DNA of 61,150 bases, counting the filler, from Basidiobolus ranarum (Eukaryota), in assembly GCA_040143965.1 (NCBI GenBank). It is 6 parts of 6 records of this genome, joined end to end, with 100 filler letters (N's around TTAATTAATTAA, not from the genome) between each part and the next. Parts side by side here need not be neighbours in the genome. Positions count along the whole stretch, not along the records: positions 1 to 10,134 come from JASJQH010000736.1; positions 10,235 to 20,356 come from JASJQH010000738.1; 4 more parts are not named here. One strand, written 5' to 3'. Below are positions 1 to 11,468 of this stretch, one piece after another. Every line of letters begins with the position of its first letter. Within the stretch, counting starts at the first letter, position 1. Below the pieces are notes generated by a model. The model did no database searches and was not told the origin of the DNA. It worked only from the letters and a program-made list of their open reading frames with translations. The position numbers and the translations under genes were made by a program.

Positions 1-1597
1 ATCGCTCGGCAATTCAGAAACTGAGAATAATGCTGGATTTGAATGAACTTATCCAGTCTGGAAGTGATACAAGTAAAATCTCAAATTCCCAGAACAACTC
101 TGCAACGCTTTTCGAGTACCTTCCACAATGTAAGTGATTCTAAATAGCTACTTGTTATCGTAAACATTCTCAATCACGTAAACTTATGTCCATACGATTT
201 CTTCACTAATCTATTGTGAGCAGTTCTGTGGGTTATTCGAGATTTCACTCTTAAATTTCCAGAAGGGATTACTACCGCCAGGGATTATATGCTTCAAGCG
301 TTAACTACAGAGCTGGATTCTTCCACACCTAAAAAAGTATCCTTACGAATGCGTAAAGAGTTAGCCGAAGTAGATGAAATTCGAAGAACAATTGTTTCTT
401 CTTTCAACAACATCGATTGTCATACGATGCCTTTACCGATAAGTAATCCTGAGGCAGTTGGATTCCCAGATGTCCCATCTGCCATGCAGGCACTTGGTAG
501 GTGGCCACTCTACAATGACAAATATTCTTACGTTAACAATTGGTTCGCCTCACCAACACAGACACTATTCCATATGAGAAACTATCCAAGAATTTTTTAC
601 AAACAATGGAGGAATTCAACAGCAAAGCCTTCTCCATGTTATCTCTGAAACGACTAAAGGACGGAACTTTGATGAATGGAACGTCGTTTTCACATCTGGT
701 GAAGATTTATGCAAATCAGATAAATTCCAGTGGGATTGTGAGGATTTCAGAAGCATATCAATGTAATGATTTCCAGAGTTTTATTTTCACCTCATCTTTT
801 TGCTAGTGTTTTAGTCATTCCAACAGTACTAACTATTCTTTTCAGATATGGTTAAGGAAGTCGCTCAGAAGACTATGGAACAAGCGATCACTAAATACCG
901 TAAGTACATGCAATACCTCCTGAGGCATCCTGACAACAAATCAGCTTCCGATAGCTTCCTCAATCATTGTAACTTGGTTAGCTTCAATAAATCCATCGAA
1001 ATCCTGCGTCGGGATTTATTAGGTACGACTAACCAGATAGAGAATGCCATCAAAAATTTTAAAAAAAATATAATTCATCTGAACCATGAGCAACAACTGG
1101 ATAAAAACTGCGTTTTTGCTGAATTCTCTTTACAGAACTCGCAACTCATTGCCAAGGAGAATGAAGAACTGATTAAAACATTATGGAGAGACACAGTTGA
1201 ACTACGATTAACCGGGGAAGGAGCTGAATTTGCTTCTCAATATGACTATTCGGAGGCTACACAAAAATTCGCAAGAGATTACTTTATGAGTTGCATACCT
1301 GGAAAGCAAGCAAATGAACTTTATATTCAATATTGTGATAAGATTCAACAAAATGGCCAAAGGATGCAATGGATATTCAGGCAAAAAGAGATGTTAGCCA
1401 ATCAAGTATTACAATCTGAAGCGGAGACTAACAGAATAAAACAATCAAGCGCCGAGGCAATTCAAGAGGCAGAAAGACTATTCAATGACATTGAAGGCAT
1501 TCAAAATAAGCACCACAAGTTTCAGAATGAGCTGGAAGAGAAATTAAGATTAAAAGAACGCGAACTTAGTCGATTGAGAGATCGGCTTTGGCACTGA
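1..1597 (+). CDS. Guanylate-binding protein (GBP)-like GTPase, copy 1, 5'-truncated by the contig start; exons <1-129, 224-496, 562-762, 846-1597
   Basis: Manual splicing at GT-AG sites gives ...EYLPQFLWVIRDF (G4 RD motif)...HTMPLPISNP...NG..V.G-like segment, then a helical/coiled-coil tail ending RLRDRLWH*. Intron positions match copy 2. Confidence 0.85.
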
Positions 1598-2145
1598 TCT
1601 ATTAGTTGCCGTATGCTGATCATAGTAATACAAGACATGTCGTGAAATAACACTTAGCTCCCATATTTATTTTATATTTTATGTATAAAGTCAACATATG
1701 TATAAAAGCTTTGGTATCCACCACAATGAAACACTGGTAAACATTGATGCTCCATATTTTGTACAAATACTTGGCTTATAACACGACAATACTTTAGAGA
1801 CGAAGAAAACAGATTATGCATGATGGGCTTAAGAAACAGATGGCGCCATACTGCGGATACAATGGTAGTTACTTGGTTTAGAAGGACCTCCAAACAGAAT
1901 GGAGACAGATTCTATTCAGTGCAATGAGAATATGGATAAGCGTTATGTATTACTTGTATTTTAACCTTGTAAATAGTTCACTCTAAGAATATATAGTAGT
2001 GCCATTGATATTGTTGCTGCAAAAAATAAGGGCAAATACAATTGACTAATCACAAAACGGTTCAAATGTTAGTACATCTTAACTAGCCCAAATCTAATAA
2101 TCTTTAAATACAATGTTTTAGTTAATGTGTACGTACTTGTTACTT

Positions 2146-2540
2146 CCTTGGAGAATGATCCTATAGTCTATCATATCTCAAACAGCTGAAACTTGATTAT
2201 GAAGTGGTGTATTCAAATAGTTCCACTCGTATACTTGCGGCCAAGTATCACCAAGCTAACGGTTTAGCCTATAGTATGTGATACAACAAGAATTCTCAAT
2301 AAGAGTCGTCACCTTTCTTATCGCTGCACATTCCATACAGTTTGAATATCACGATGGGAGCCAAATAGCATTTTTACCAATTGTGAAGACTCACATGGCT
2401 CATGTAGTGTGGTTCAAGTATGTTGACTATGAATGAGAGTAGTATGATTGCATCAATCAGGTCCTCCATGTGATTTTGAATAGCAGCAAGCAGCTGGCTG
2501 GATTGAATATAATCGTTTGAGAGGCCAGTATTGGTACTAA
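2146..2540 (+). pseudogene. Decayed relic of the 3' (helical-domain) exon of a third GBP paralogue
   Basis: 2505-2540 reads EYNRLRGQYWY*, matching the copy-1 end ELSRLRDRLWH*. Upstream patches (TGG AGA; CAA GCT AAC = QAN of 'QANELY') are colinear with copy 1. The downstream flank 2601-2677 resembles the copy-1 3' flank 1661-1736. Stops and frameshifts are present. Confidence 0.6.
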
Positions 2541-3356
2541 CATGTAAGCTACCGAACTAACCCTAAGTCATATTGTGAAAAGGCGCTCAATTATCTATTG
2601 CCATATTTGGTTTACATTTGTGTATATAAAAGAAACATGTGTACAATAGCTTAGTTTTCCACAACAATGAAACACTGAAGCCAAATAGAAGGTAGGATTG
2701 GGGTGCACTAAATCTCATGTGTCAAGTATTGGACTATTTGGCCCGACTCTGAATTTGTGTGCACTGGAATTTATATTAGATTTCGTCTAACAATTGTACA
2801 ATGTCTGTAGAACTCGTTTCAATTATGCTACTGACACCGTTTATGTAAATGCTTCTGAACGGAAAATAGAGCGGCAGAAGTCTTGAGTGTCACCAAACAG
2901 GTAGAACCAACGTAGTAGACAGATATTAGTCAAACGATATGTCTAGATTTGAGGCATAATGGACTATGATGTTGTTCAGTTAATCTCAAAAACTAAAGTA
3001 ACAGGATTATGTCTATCATCACATCAGACAACACTTTAACCAAGGAAGAATTCGAATTCACAGCTGTTCCATACGGTAATGGGAATGTTACTCGAATCAC
3101 ACACTAGAATGAGCCACAATTGAGTAAATAGCCCATATGGTTACTCCAAAAGTATGTATCAAGGCCTGTAAATTCTTTAAAAATCATATGGACAATGATA
3201 TTCTTCTCAAAGTTTGAATCTCTCACCTGATTTGGTTAGTAATCTATCTTTTCTTTAATATGCCTTGTGCATCAACTTGCTAAGTATTCGCAAATTTGCT
3301 TATACCATTTGTAAATGCATTGCTCGTAGCTAACCAGCTTGAATCTGGATAGCCAT

Positions 3357-5899
3357 ATGCTCTCGTCTTCTGATAGTACATCTCCAACAGCCCGACCAGG
3401 AAAGCCAATACAACTCTTTCGAAAGAAGGAGGGTGGTAACCGAAATGATACAATTGAAATTATTCCTGAGGCATTGCGTATACTTGAGAACATCCGAGGT
3501 CCAATTGCCGTCATGTCAGTTGTGGGCACTATGCGACAGGTAATGAAAAGTTTCTCAACGATGGTCATTAAAGCACGCAGTTTATGTGTTTGAATCAGAA
3601 TTTTAAATTTTTAAGTTTTGCTCTTATTTAGGGGAAAAGCTATCTACTATCGAGAATAGTAGGTCGACAAAAAGCCTTTGAATTGGGTCCCACCACCAAC
3701 CCACAAACATTCGGCATATGGACATGGGATACTCCGTATACTGTGAATATAGGAGGCCAGAAGGTCACTCTAATCCTCTTAGATACCGAAGGTTTGTACT
3801 AGTTTTTTCAAATTACTAAGCTATAACTCACTAAGATACGTTGGAGCATCTTTCATTAATTCAAGCCAACTTGCAACCTAGGTCTAGAAGCGCCCCAGGC
3901 AACCGAGGAATGGTATTCCCCCTCAATATTTTAGAGAAATTGAAGACATGGCTTATTTACGTTGGCGTGAATTTTAGGGATACGAAGATATTTCTAATCT
4001 CACTTCTGCTGTCCTCTCTCTTTGTCTACAATACTCGTGGTGTAATTGATCGCTCGGCAATTCAGAAACTGAGAATAATGCTGGATTTGAATGAACTTAT
4101 CCAGTCTGGAAGTGATACAAGTAAAATCTCAAATTCCCAGAACAACTCTGCAACACTTTCCGAGTACCTTCCACAATGTAAGTGATTCCAAATAGCTGCT
4201 CATTATCACAAACACCTCCAATTTCATGAACTTATCTTCAACTAATTTTCTCTTTAATCTCTTACGGACAGTTCTGTGGGTTATTCGAGATTTCACTCTT
4301 AAGTTTCCAGAAGGGATTACTACCGCCAAGGAGTATATGATTCAATCTCTAACCACAGAATTGAATACCGGTGCCCCTAAGAATCTCAGCTCACGAAAGC
4401 GCGCTGAGTTGGAGGAGTCAGACGAGATTAAAAGCATGATAGTTTCTTCCTTCAGTAATATTGACTGTCATACAATGCCTTTTCCAATTAGTAATCCCGA
4501 GGCAGTTGGGTTCCCAGATATCCCATCCGCGATGCAAGCACTTGGTAGGTGTATACAGTAATATAGAAATATCTTTATGTTAACAACTAGACTAACTAAA
4601 GTAACATAGACACCATTCCATATGAGAAACTATCCAAGCAATTTCTACAATCAATGGAGGAATTTAATGGAAAAGCATTCTCTATGCTACCCCTGAAGCG
4701 CTTCAAAGATGGTTCTTTGATGAATGGATACTCTTTTTCCCAACTTTTGCAAGTATACACCGACCAAATCAACAACAGTGCCTGTGTACGGATCTTAGAT
4801 GCTTATCAATGTAATGATTTAAGCCATAAACATGATAAATAGTTAAATCCCAATCATTTGATTAACTAAAGAATTTTGTAATACAGCTGTTGTGAATTCC
4901 GTCACCAATAAGTCACTTGAATCCGCTGTAGCAATGTACCGTATGAGGATGCATCAACTACTGGATGTTCACGGGCAGAAGCCGATTAGTGACGAAATTT
5001 TGGCAGCTATACATGCGCAATGTTTTGACCAAGCACTTGAGACGTTGCACAATAATATTTTAGGGACAAAAGAGCAAGTCGAAGATGCTCATAAACGATT
5101 TAAAGAGCAAATAGTTACTGAAGATACCAATCAATTAGTCACTAGAAAATGTATATTTGGTGAATTCTACTGGAAAAATTCCGATATGATCACTCAAGAA
5201 AATTTCAGTTTGATTGAAAGACTTTGGACGGAATTAATAGTTTCTCGGATGACTGGCTCTACAGAGAAGGTATTCGCCACACATCAACAATATGTTCAGG
5301 CTATCGAAGACTTCAAATCCCAATATTATCTTCATTGCATACCTGGCAGGCAAGCCAGTGAGATATTTATTAATTACTCCAAGAGAATCGAGGAAAATAA
5401 GTATCATATGAACGCATGGCTGAAGCAGAAAGGATTGTTTGAAGCGTCCTTGTCTCGACTGCAGGAAGAGAAGTTAAAAGCTCAAAAGGAAGCCAGCGAC
5501 TTACAGGCACAAAATGTGAAGCTATATGAATCAATGGAAAGGATAGAAAATGAGCAGCAGAGTTTTATTTCAAGACTTGAGAAAAGGCTGAAGCAAATGG
5601 ACAAAGAAGCAAATGAATTAAGACAGGAGCAAAAATCTCAAATTAAAAGTCAACGGAAGGCTCTTCAACGTATTAAAAATCAGGAACTTGCCGAAGCAAA
5701 AAGCACCCAGGAAACCCGATTGGAAAGACAAAACGAGTTACGTCTAAATGAACATAGAAAGAACCAAGAAGAGTTGTATGTGAGGCAACAGCAACTGGAT
5801 GTACACAGAGAACAGCGAAAATCGGTCCTTCAAATAGTTAAGAATGGAGCTGCAAAGTTAGGCTCCAAAATAGTTAAATTCTTTATACGATCTAAGTGA
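3357..5899 (+). CDS. Guanylate-binding protein (GBP)-like large GTPase, copy 2, complete, 686 aa; exons 3357-3539, 3632-3791, 3882-3912, 3978-4177, 4272-4544, 4610-4810, 4887-5899
   Basis: The spliced CDS is 2061 nt and in frame. Motifs: G1 GTMRQGKS (cf. hGBP1 GLYRTGKS), G2 QTFGIW (cf. HTKGIW), G3 LLDTEG, 'DTKIFLISLLLSSLFVYN', G4 WVIRDF. There is a long C-terminal coiled coil and no obvious TM hairpin, which argues against atlastin/Sey1. Confidence 0.92.
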
Positions 5900-7297
5900 C
5901 TATGTTTGTGTAATTCGCTTACAATATGAAGACTTCTGGTATTATGCTCATATATGTTAACCTACGGTGCCTATTAAAACCCTATTTAAAGCAAGCTAAG
6001 TTTGTAACAACTCGCTATATAATATGAACAATGAATTGGTCAAATATAGCAAGGCAAATCTTTCGAATGCACAATGTAAACGAACAAAACAAACCACGCA
6101 GTCGTGAAAAAGAATTAGATCCAAGTTGAGCATAATAAACGTCATGAGAACTGACAAAACTGGTTACTTTTCATTTCCGATGCTCTTGCAGTATTTGATT
6201 TTGTAATATGTATGTAAAAAATGTACAAATAGTGACGTTTATATAATTGCTTGCGTGATAGTATTGAGACACATGGAGAAACTTTAATGACAGTGAGAGT
6301 TGCAGGCATGATTCTTCCTTCAGGAGAGGATCGGTAATAAATACCCCAGGTATAGCTTAAAATATATGTATATATTAGGGGATAAAATTTTTGTTATTTG
6401 AGATGAACTAGTAGCGGTTGGGATATATAGAAGCAATATATGATTCGCACTTTGAAGTTTGTTAGCTTTGTTGTTTATGTTGTCCCTATTTTGATGCACA
6501 TAACTATTTATCGCATCTTAGTTAACATGTATTGCTCAAGTATTACTGTCAGTTCAACTGAGGACATGATTACTGATATTCCAACCAAATCTTTAGCAAA
6601 CCCAAATTTGAAGCATTAGCTTAGGATTAAGATATTCATAACTAGTTGAGTGGACGTATTGAAGTTTCTATTATTCATATCTTTATACTCCTAACTATTT
6701 TATATATCACATCTGTTGAAATATTAGAATCAAGCACCTAACTTTTCGTATATCATGTCTAGCATATTCATTGTTTAGTTAATAATTTTTAAGTGCAAAT
6801 TACATATTTCTTCTAATTAATCTAAACACTTTCAATTCATCCCAAATACTCACAGCAACATCTAAGTTGAGTGACAATATTTAATCAAACGTCAGTTAGA
6901 TCAAAATCAGAATATATATTTTAGATGTGAGTTATCTATGCAGTAGCAAAATCGAACATAAAATTTTAACATCATCTATTACTCATTTACTAGCACAAAT
7001 ATTTTGACCACAACTCCATCAAATTGTCAGCAGTGTCTGGCATGATACTTTGCTGTGTTAGCATGCTGCATATAGACACCTTAAAACCAACATGCCACTT
7101 AACTGTCTGTCTCGTATTGTCTTGCTAGTTACAGTTTGCTTTGTTTAAATAAACATCTCTACACTGTCGACTACTGGATATCGCAGATGTGCATATCTCA
7201 TGCATGTAGTCTAGTATATTAATGGATAAAGCTGAACTGAAAAGGTAACATTATCTAAGCTTCAACACAAAGTATATTACCCCGTCTTCTATACCAA

Positions 7298-7489
7298 ATG
7301 TTTGCTATTCGAGTACTTCTATTTGTGCTACTCTCCACCGCCTCATTCGCACTACCATTGTTTGACAACAATAGTATTGCTCTCATTAACGCCTCGCCCA
7401 ACACCAAAGTCTGTCCAGGAGTTGAGCTCAATGAAGAACTTCTTCACTCAAGTTCGCAACCGCAAAAGCACGTTGAAAATTGCAAGTAG
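7298..7489 (+). CDS. Putative small secreted protein, about 63-67 aa; may splice at 7486 to a short last exon
   Basis: ATG in good context (CCAAATG), a signal-peptide-like N-terminus MFAIRVLLFVLLSTASFA-LP, and two Cys. No family recognised. Confidence 0.45.
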   Translation: MFAIRVLLFVLLSTASFALPLFDNNSIALINASPNTKVCPGVELNEELLHSSSQPQKHVENCK

Positions 7490-7934
7490 GACATGAGTAA
7501 AGGGTTGCTGTCAAGCAGATATATTGAGAGGATTTTCGTAGTAAACCCAGCTGAAATTATCTAATCATCAGAATCTGGGCAGATACAAATGTAATAATTA
7601 GATAATTTTTTGATACCCAACAATTGATGTAGCCAAACTATATTTAGACTACCACTACTTTGGCTTCTCGAAATGAATAACCCTATGTATTAATCCACCT
7701 CTTTAAACAGCTAATCAAGTATTGATTAATATAGTCAAAACGTTACTCTATCTTCTTATATTTGTGTGAGATTGTGTCTACCAATATTAAGTACATGTTT
7801 TTCATTTGGGAGAATAGGGTGCAATGGGCTATTGAACACCAAATAATGCTAACGGATCTTTACTACATGCGATATCCACGCTAATAAAAAATAGGTAGAT
7901 TTAGGAACAGGAAGAGATATGAAGACTGCAAATG

Positions 7935-8279
7935 CTAAGCTAGAGTAGTGCTATCTTCTGAACTACCCAGCAATTTCTTTCGGATATCCTTATAACAATA
8001 TTTGCAGATGTGATGCATGAGCTTAGGACGTCCACAAGAATGGCAACGCATAATATTGGTGATATTCTTAAGTGCTTTGTTAGAAGCACGCATACGTTTC
8101 TTTGAGTGGGAAGTCTTCTTTTTAGGAACAGCCCATAAAATAGAGCCGAGTAAATCGCCAATTATCTGAGAACCAATTCCTACCGCTCTCAAGCCAGTGT
8201 TTACGGGTTGAGAAAGGACTGGATTAGAGCGAAGTAAACTCGAACGAAACAGGGTCAAGAAACTGGCTGTGGTATTCAT
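7935..8279 (-). CDS. MRPL32: Mitochondrial ribosomal protein bL32m precursor, 114 aa
   Basis: AVPKKKTSHSKKRMR...CHSCGRPKLMHHICKYC signature, preceded by an Arg/Ser-rich presequence from the ATG at 8279. Confidence 0.92.
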   Translation of the reverse strand: MNTTASFLTLFRSSLLRSNPVLSQPVNTGLRAVGIGSQIIGDLLGSILWAVPKKKTSHSKKRMRASNKALKNITNIMRCHSCGRPKLMHHICKYCYKDIRKKLLGSSEDSTTLA

Positions 8280-9364
8280 AATTGTAAAATATCCTTGTAA
8301 TGAATAGGCAAACACAAACTTTGCCGGTAAAGTGCGCTTCTTGAACTTTTAAGCAATAAGGGCTTTATAATGAAGTAGTACAAATACTGTGTAGTGGTTC
8401 CAACATTCGACTTCGATAAGCCTTTTCCACTTATAATTTATACATTAGGGTAGAAATTTTTCTCAGTTACATTGATATTCTATTTTTATTCACCAGCATT
8501 TAACCAAATCAAATCACATTTTCATATTCAATTAGCAAGAACATACTAAGCTTTTCGTAAAATGGACTTTTTATTTTGTCTGAAGTTGAGATATAAGGAG
8601 CAGCACACTGCTCATGCATATAAGCTAATTAAGTGTGAAAATGTTTACACTTTCAGTTATCCATTAAAGTCCGCCTCAACCAATACCTGGAAGATAATAA
8701 GTATCCAGTGCAGCAATAAAACCAGAGAATGATGCATGCCACATTTTTTAATTATCTGGAATCTGTATATACAAACATCACTTGGCTAGGCTTAATCCTA
8801 ACAATGTAGTCATATACTGGTATCTGATTGCATGATGGCAACATTGGCTCAACTAAAGTCTCATAGTTTTGATGATAGAATGTTTGGGATATAAAAATGT
8901 AGAGATTAGCAAATATAATGTGTAGAAACTAATATAAGGAGTAGTCGATACCACAAAAGAAGTACTATATCTTTACTAGATCTAGGGATGCAGGAGATTC
9001 GTCCTAGATACTAGATATGAAGAGACTTATGACCATTCCTTCCAAACCACAATATCCACTTGAATAAGCACCTGGTAATCAATGTGGTGCTGCAACTTTC
9101 GCTAACTAGATTTAGTGGACTTCTCTAGGTTCTACAGTGATCTCATTGGTAATACGTATCTAATTAGGTAATTTAATCACTCAAGATCAACAATACCAGT
9201 CGGGAAAGATATATCGGCTATTCAATCAAACTCATTCAGTGAAGTATCAAGTTTATTTCAAGAAGTCTAATTTTCTGATACCAAGATTTAGTTGATGCTC
9301 TTTGTGAACAATAAGCATGGTGCTTCTATACGCTACCAGTTCACTAACACTTCAGTCAAGGTAG

Positions 9365-10134
9365 CTAGTATCCGGGCTTTTCAGGACTTTTATCATTGAA
9401 GATACCTGAAGTGATTGATAGCTCTATGTTCTCTGCATCGCCTAGTATTTCAACAATTCTCTGCTCCTCCTTTCTTTCAGTATTGCTCATTCTGACCAAT
9501 GGTTCGGATAAAATAGAATCTCCGATGTGAAATATTCCTCCATCTGGTCCACCCAAACTACTCAAAGGCAAGCTCCGCTTCAAGAGGTTAAGGTTTGCTT
9601 TAGGCTCGTCAAGATTGCCACGTTGTTCCCCCTTAAGAATCTCGAATAGAGGATTGTTGCCTTTTAAACTATCGGGTAGTGAAGACGATGATAGTCCAGT
9701 AATCAAATTATTCTTTTCATTGGACGAGAGGACATGAGCGGTAGGATTGGTACCTGTATTAGGTAGTTCAATGTGTTGACCGATCTCTCCAGTGGAAAGT
9801 AAATTATTTTCCAAAGCACCCTTCAATATGCTTGTAGATTGAACACCTGGTTGATCCAATAACTGTTGAATGGCCCCTATTATATTTGGTGTATCCCTCA
9901 TTACAATAGCTGGAACGAGTTTAGTCTCTTCCAGTTGTATGGTATTTGCTTCTTTCTTCATGCTCATAAATATATCCAATATAATACTTTTCCCATTCCC
10001 TTGTAACTCAGAGAGATCAGATATGTCGCCAAGACTACCGCCTGATTTTTCTCCGCTCAAGAGCGGCTTGATTGGAAGCTTGCCGTTAAAACTTTCAATC
10101 GGTGCTGCATTCAGTGGGATTGTAGAGAGAAGAG
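9365..10134 (-). CDS. Hypothetical, probably secreted protein; N-terminus cut by the contig end
   Basis: The frame stays open from the contig edge (…LLSTIPLNAAPIES, like the end of a signal peptide) to the stop at 9365. It is G/S/L-rich with an internal LLKR/SLP Kex2-like site. Confidence 0.55.
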
Positions 10135-10234
10135 NNNNNNNNNNNNNNNNNNNNNNNNNNNNNNNNNNNNNNNNNNNNTTAATTAATTAANNNNNNNNNN
10201 NNNNNNNNNNNNNNNNNNNNNNNNNNNNNNNNNN
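10135..10234. other. Artificial contig-joining linker (N run + TTAATTAATTAA + N run)
   Basis: 100-nt spacer with a six-frame-stop 12-mer, identical at all five junctions. Confidence 0.98.
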
Positions 10235-10362
10235 AGAATGATGCCAATGTTGAGCCCACTAACACTGAAATTGTAGAAGATCAAGGAAAGGAGTCTGAGG
10301 AACACTCCAATGAACCAACCAACAATGAAACTACCGAGCCACAACCTATTTCCGCACAATAA
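10235..10362 (+). CDS. 3' end of an unidentified gene (acidic low-complexity tail ...EPQPISAQ*)
   Basis: Open frame from the contig start to TAA at 10360-10362 with coding-like codon usage, followed by a T-rich 3' UTR. Confidence 0.5.
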
Positions 10363-10814
10363 GCAAAAATTTATCGAATGAATTCTCTGCCCGGAGATAT
10401 CCCAATAGCTTTATTTATTTACTCAACAACATCGTAATATTCCCTTTTATCTTCAAACTGGCATATCTTTCCATCTTTATTATCATTCCATTTCACCTTT
10501 GTTGTTAGCCATCATTCTCTGATTTGTGTATATTTCCGTTCCTTTTTTATTTTAAATTGGATGGTTGAGAATAAAATTATTTATCGTCTGGCTGGTATTC
10601 ATTGGTAAAGCTATCGAATCATCTATTTGAGCTGAAAATCCGACCGATTTCTTTTATACTTTGAATGTGATCAGGGTTTATAGGATCAAACTATCTCTAA
10701 AGTGGAATCTTCAAGAAATCCAAGGGGATGTTTATGAATCAAATGTAAGGGTATCTATATGTTCTTGTAAAATGATATTGATGAATGTTCATGATTCTCA
10801 AAGAAATAGTAAAA

Positions 10815-11468
10815 TCATAGAAAGAATATCGGAAAGTTAGTAAAGGAATCCACAGAGGAAGAAGAGGTGCTACATGAATGAGTGAGATGAAGTACACCAT
10901 TTTTACTCTCCTTCATGGTGAAGGCGGAGGTATGGTGAGAAATCTTTCTAAAGGTAAGCCCTTGAAGTTCCGCCTTTTCAAGTACCTTAAACCCGGTTAT
11001 GAGTAATAATGAGGTTAAAGCGGAGGTAACCTTGGGTTTATCATGAGATGGTAGATAGATGGTCGTACCAGAGAAGTTTAATCCTGTAGTGGGTAATAGT
11101 ATGGCTACCGTAACTCCGTTATCATTATGACAACGAAGGAAGCCTTCCCCAATAGACCATGTGTAATTATGATTGTCAAAGCTCAAAGAAGCACAGAGTT
11201 TCTCAGGGGTCCAGAAGAGTACGACATTGTCATAGTAGAATAGATCACTGGATAATGTAAAAGTGAATCCATCCACCTCGGCATGACACTTCCAAGAGGG
11301 AATTCTTACTCCTTCGTGTACCATAACACATTCTTGGTCGTTAATACGATGGAAATTTAGAAAAGTCTGCTGATCGTTTTTAAATTTGATAGAGTAACTG
11401 GTACGAAACACTTTTTTGCTCACCTGGTAGGATTGTAGACCCATGGTTAAAGCAGCGATGTTAAGCAT
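10815..11468 (-). CDS. Hypothetical protein, about 217 aa, intronless
   Basis: Long open frame from the ATG at 11468 (MLNIAALTMG...) with a beta-rich-looking composition. No family recognised. Confidence 0.55.
   Translation of the reverse strand: MLNIAALTMGLQSYQVSKKVFRTSYSIKFKNDQQTFLNFHRINDQECVMVHEGVRIPSWKCHAEVDGFTFTLSSDLFYYDNVVLFWTPEKLCASLSFDNHNYTWSIGEGFLRCHNDNGVTVAILLPTTGLNFSGTTIYLPSHDKPKVTSALTSLLLITGFKVLEKAELQGLTFRKISHHTSAFTMKESKNGVLHLTHSCSTSSSSVDSFTNFPIFFL

Noticed and set aside
3357-5899. Atlastin or Sey1/RHD3 as the identity of the GTPase
   Set aside because: It has the DTEG and RDF motifs of GBPs and lacks the C-terminal transmembrane hairpin of ER-fusion GTPases.
10179-10190. TTAATTAATTAA palindrome repeated five times at ~10-kb spacing
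   Set aside because: It is always embedded in N runs, so it is an artificial six-frame-stop linker and not a biological repeat or CRISPR-like array.
9870-10190. Plus-strand 106-aa hydrophobic ORF
   Set aside because: It is antisense to the longer minus-strand ORF and ends only at the artificial linker.
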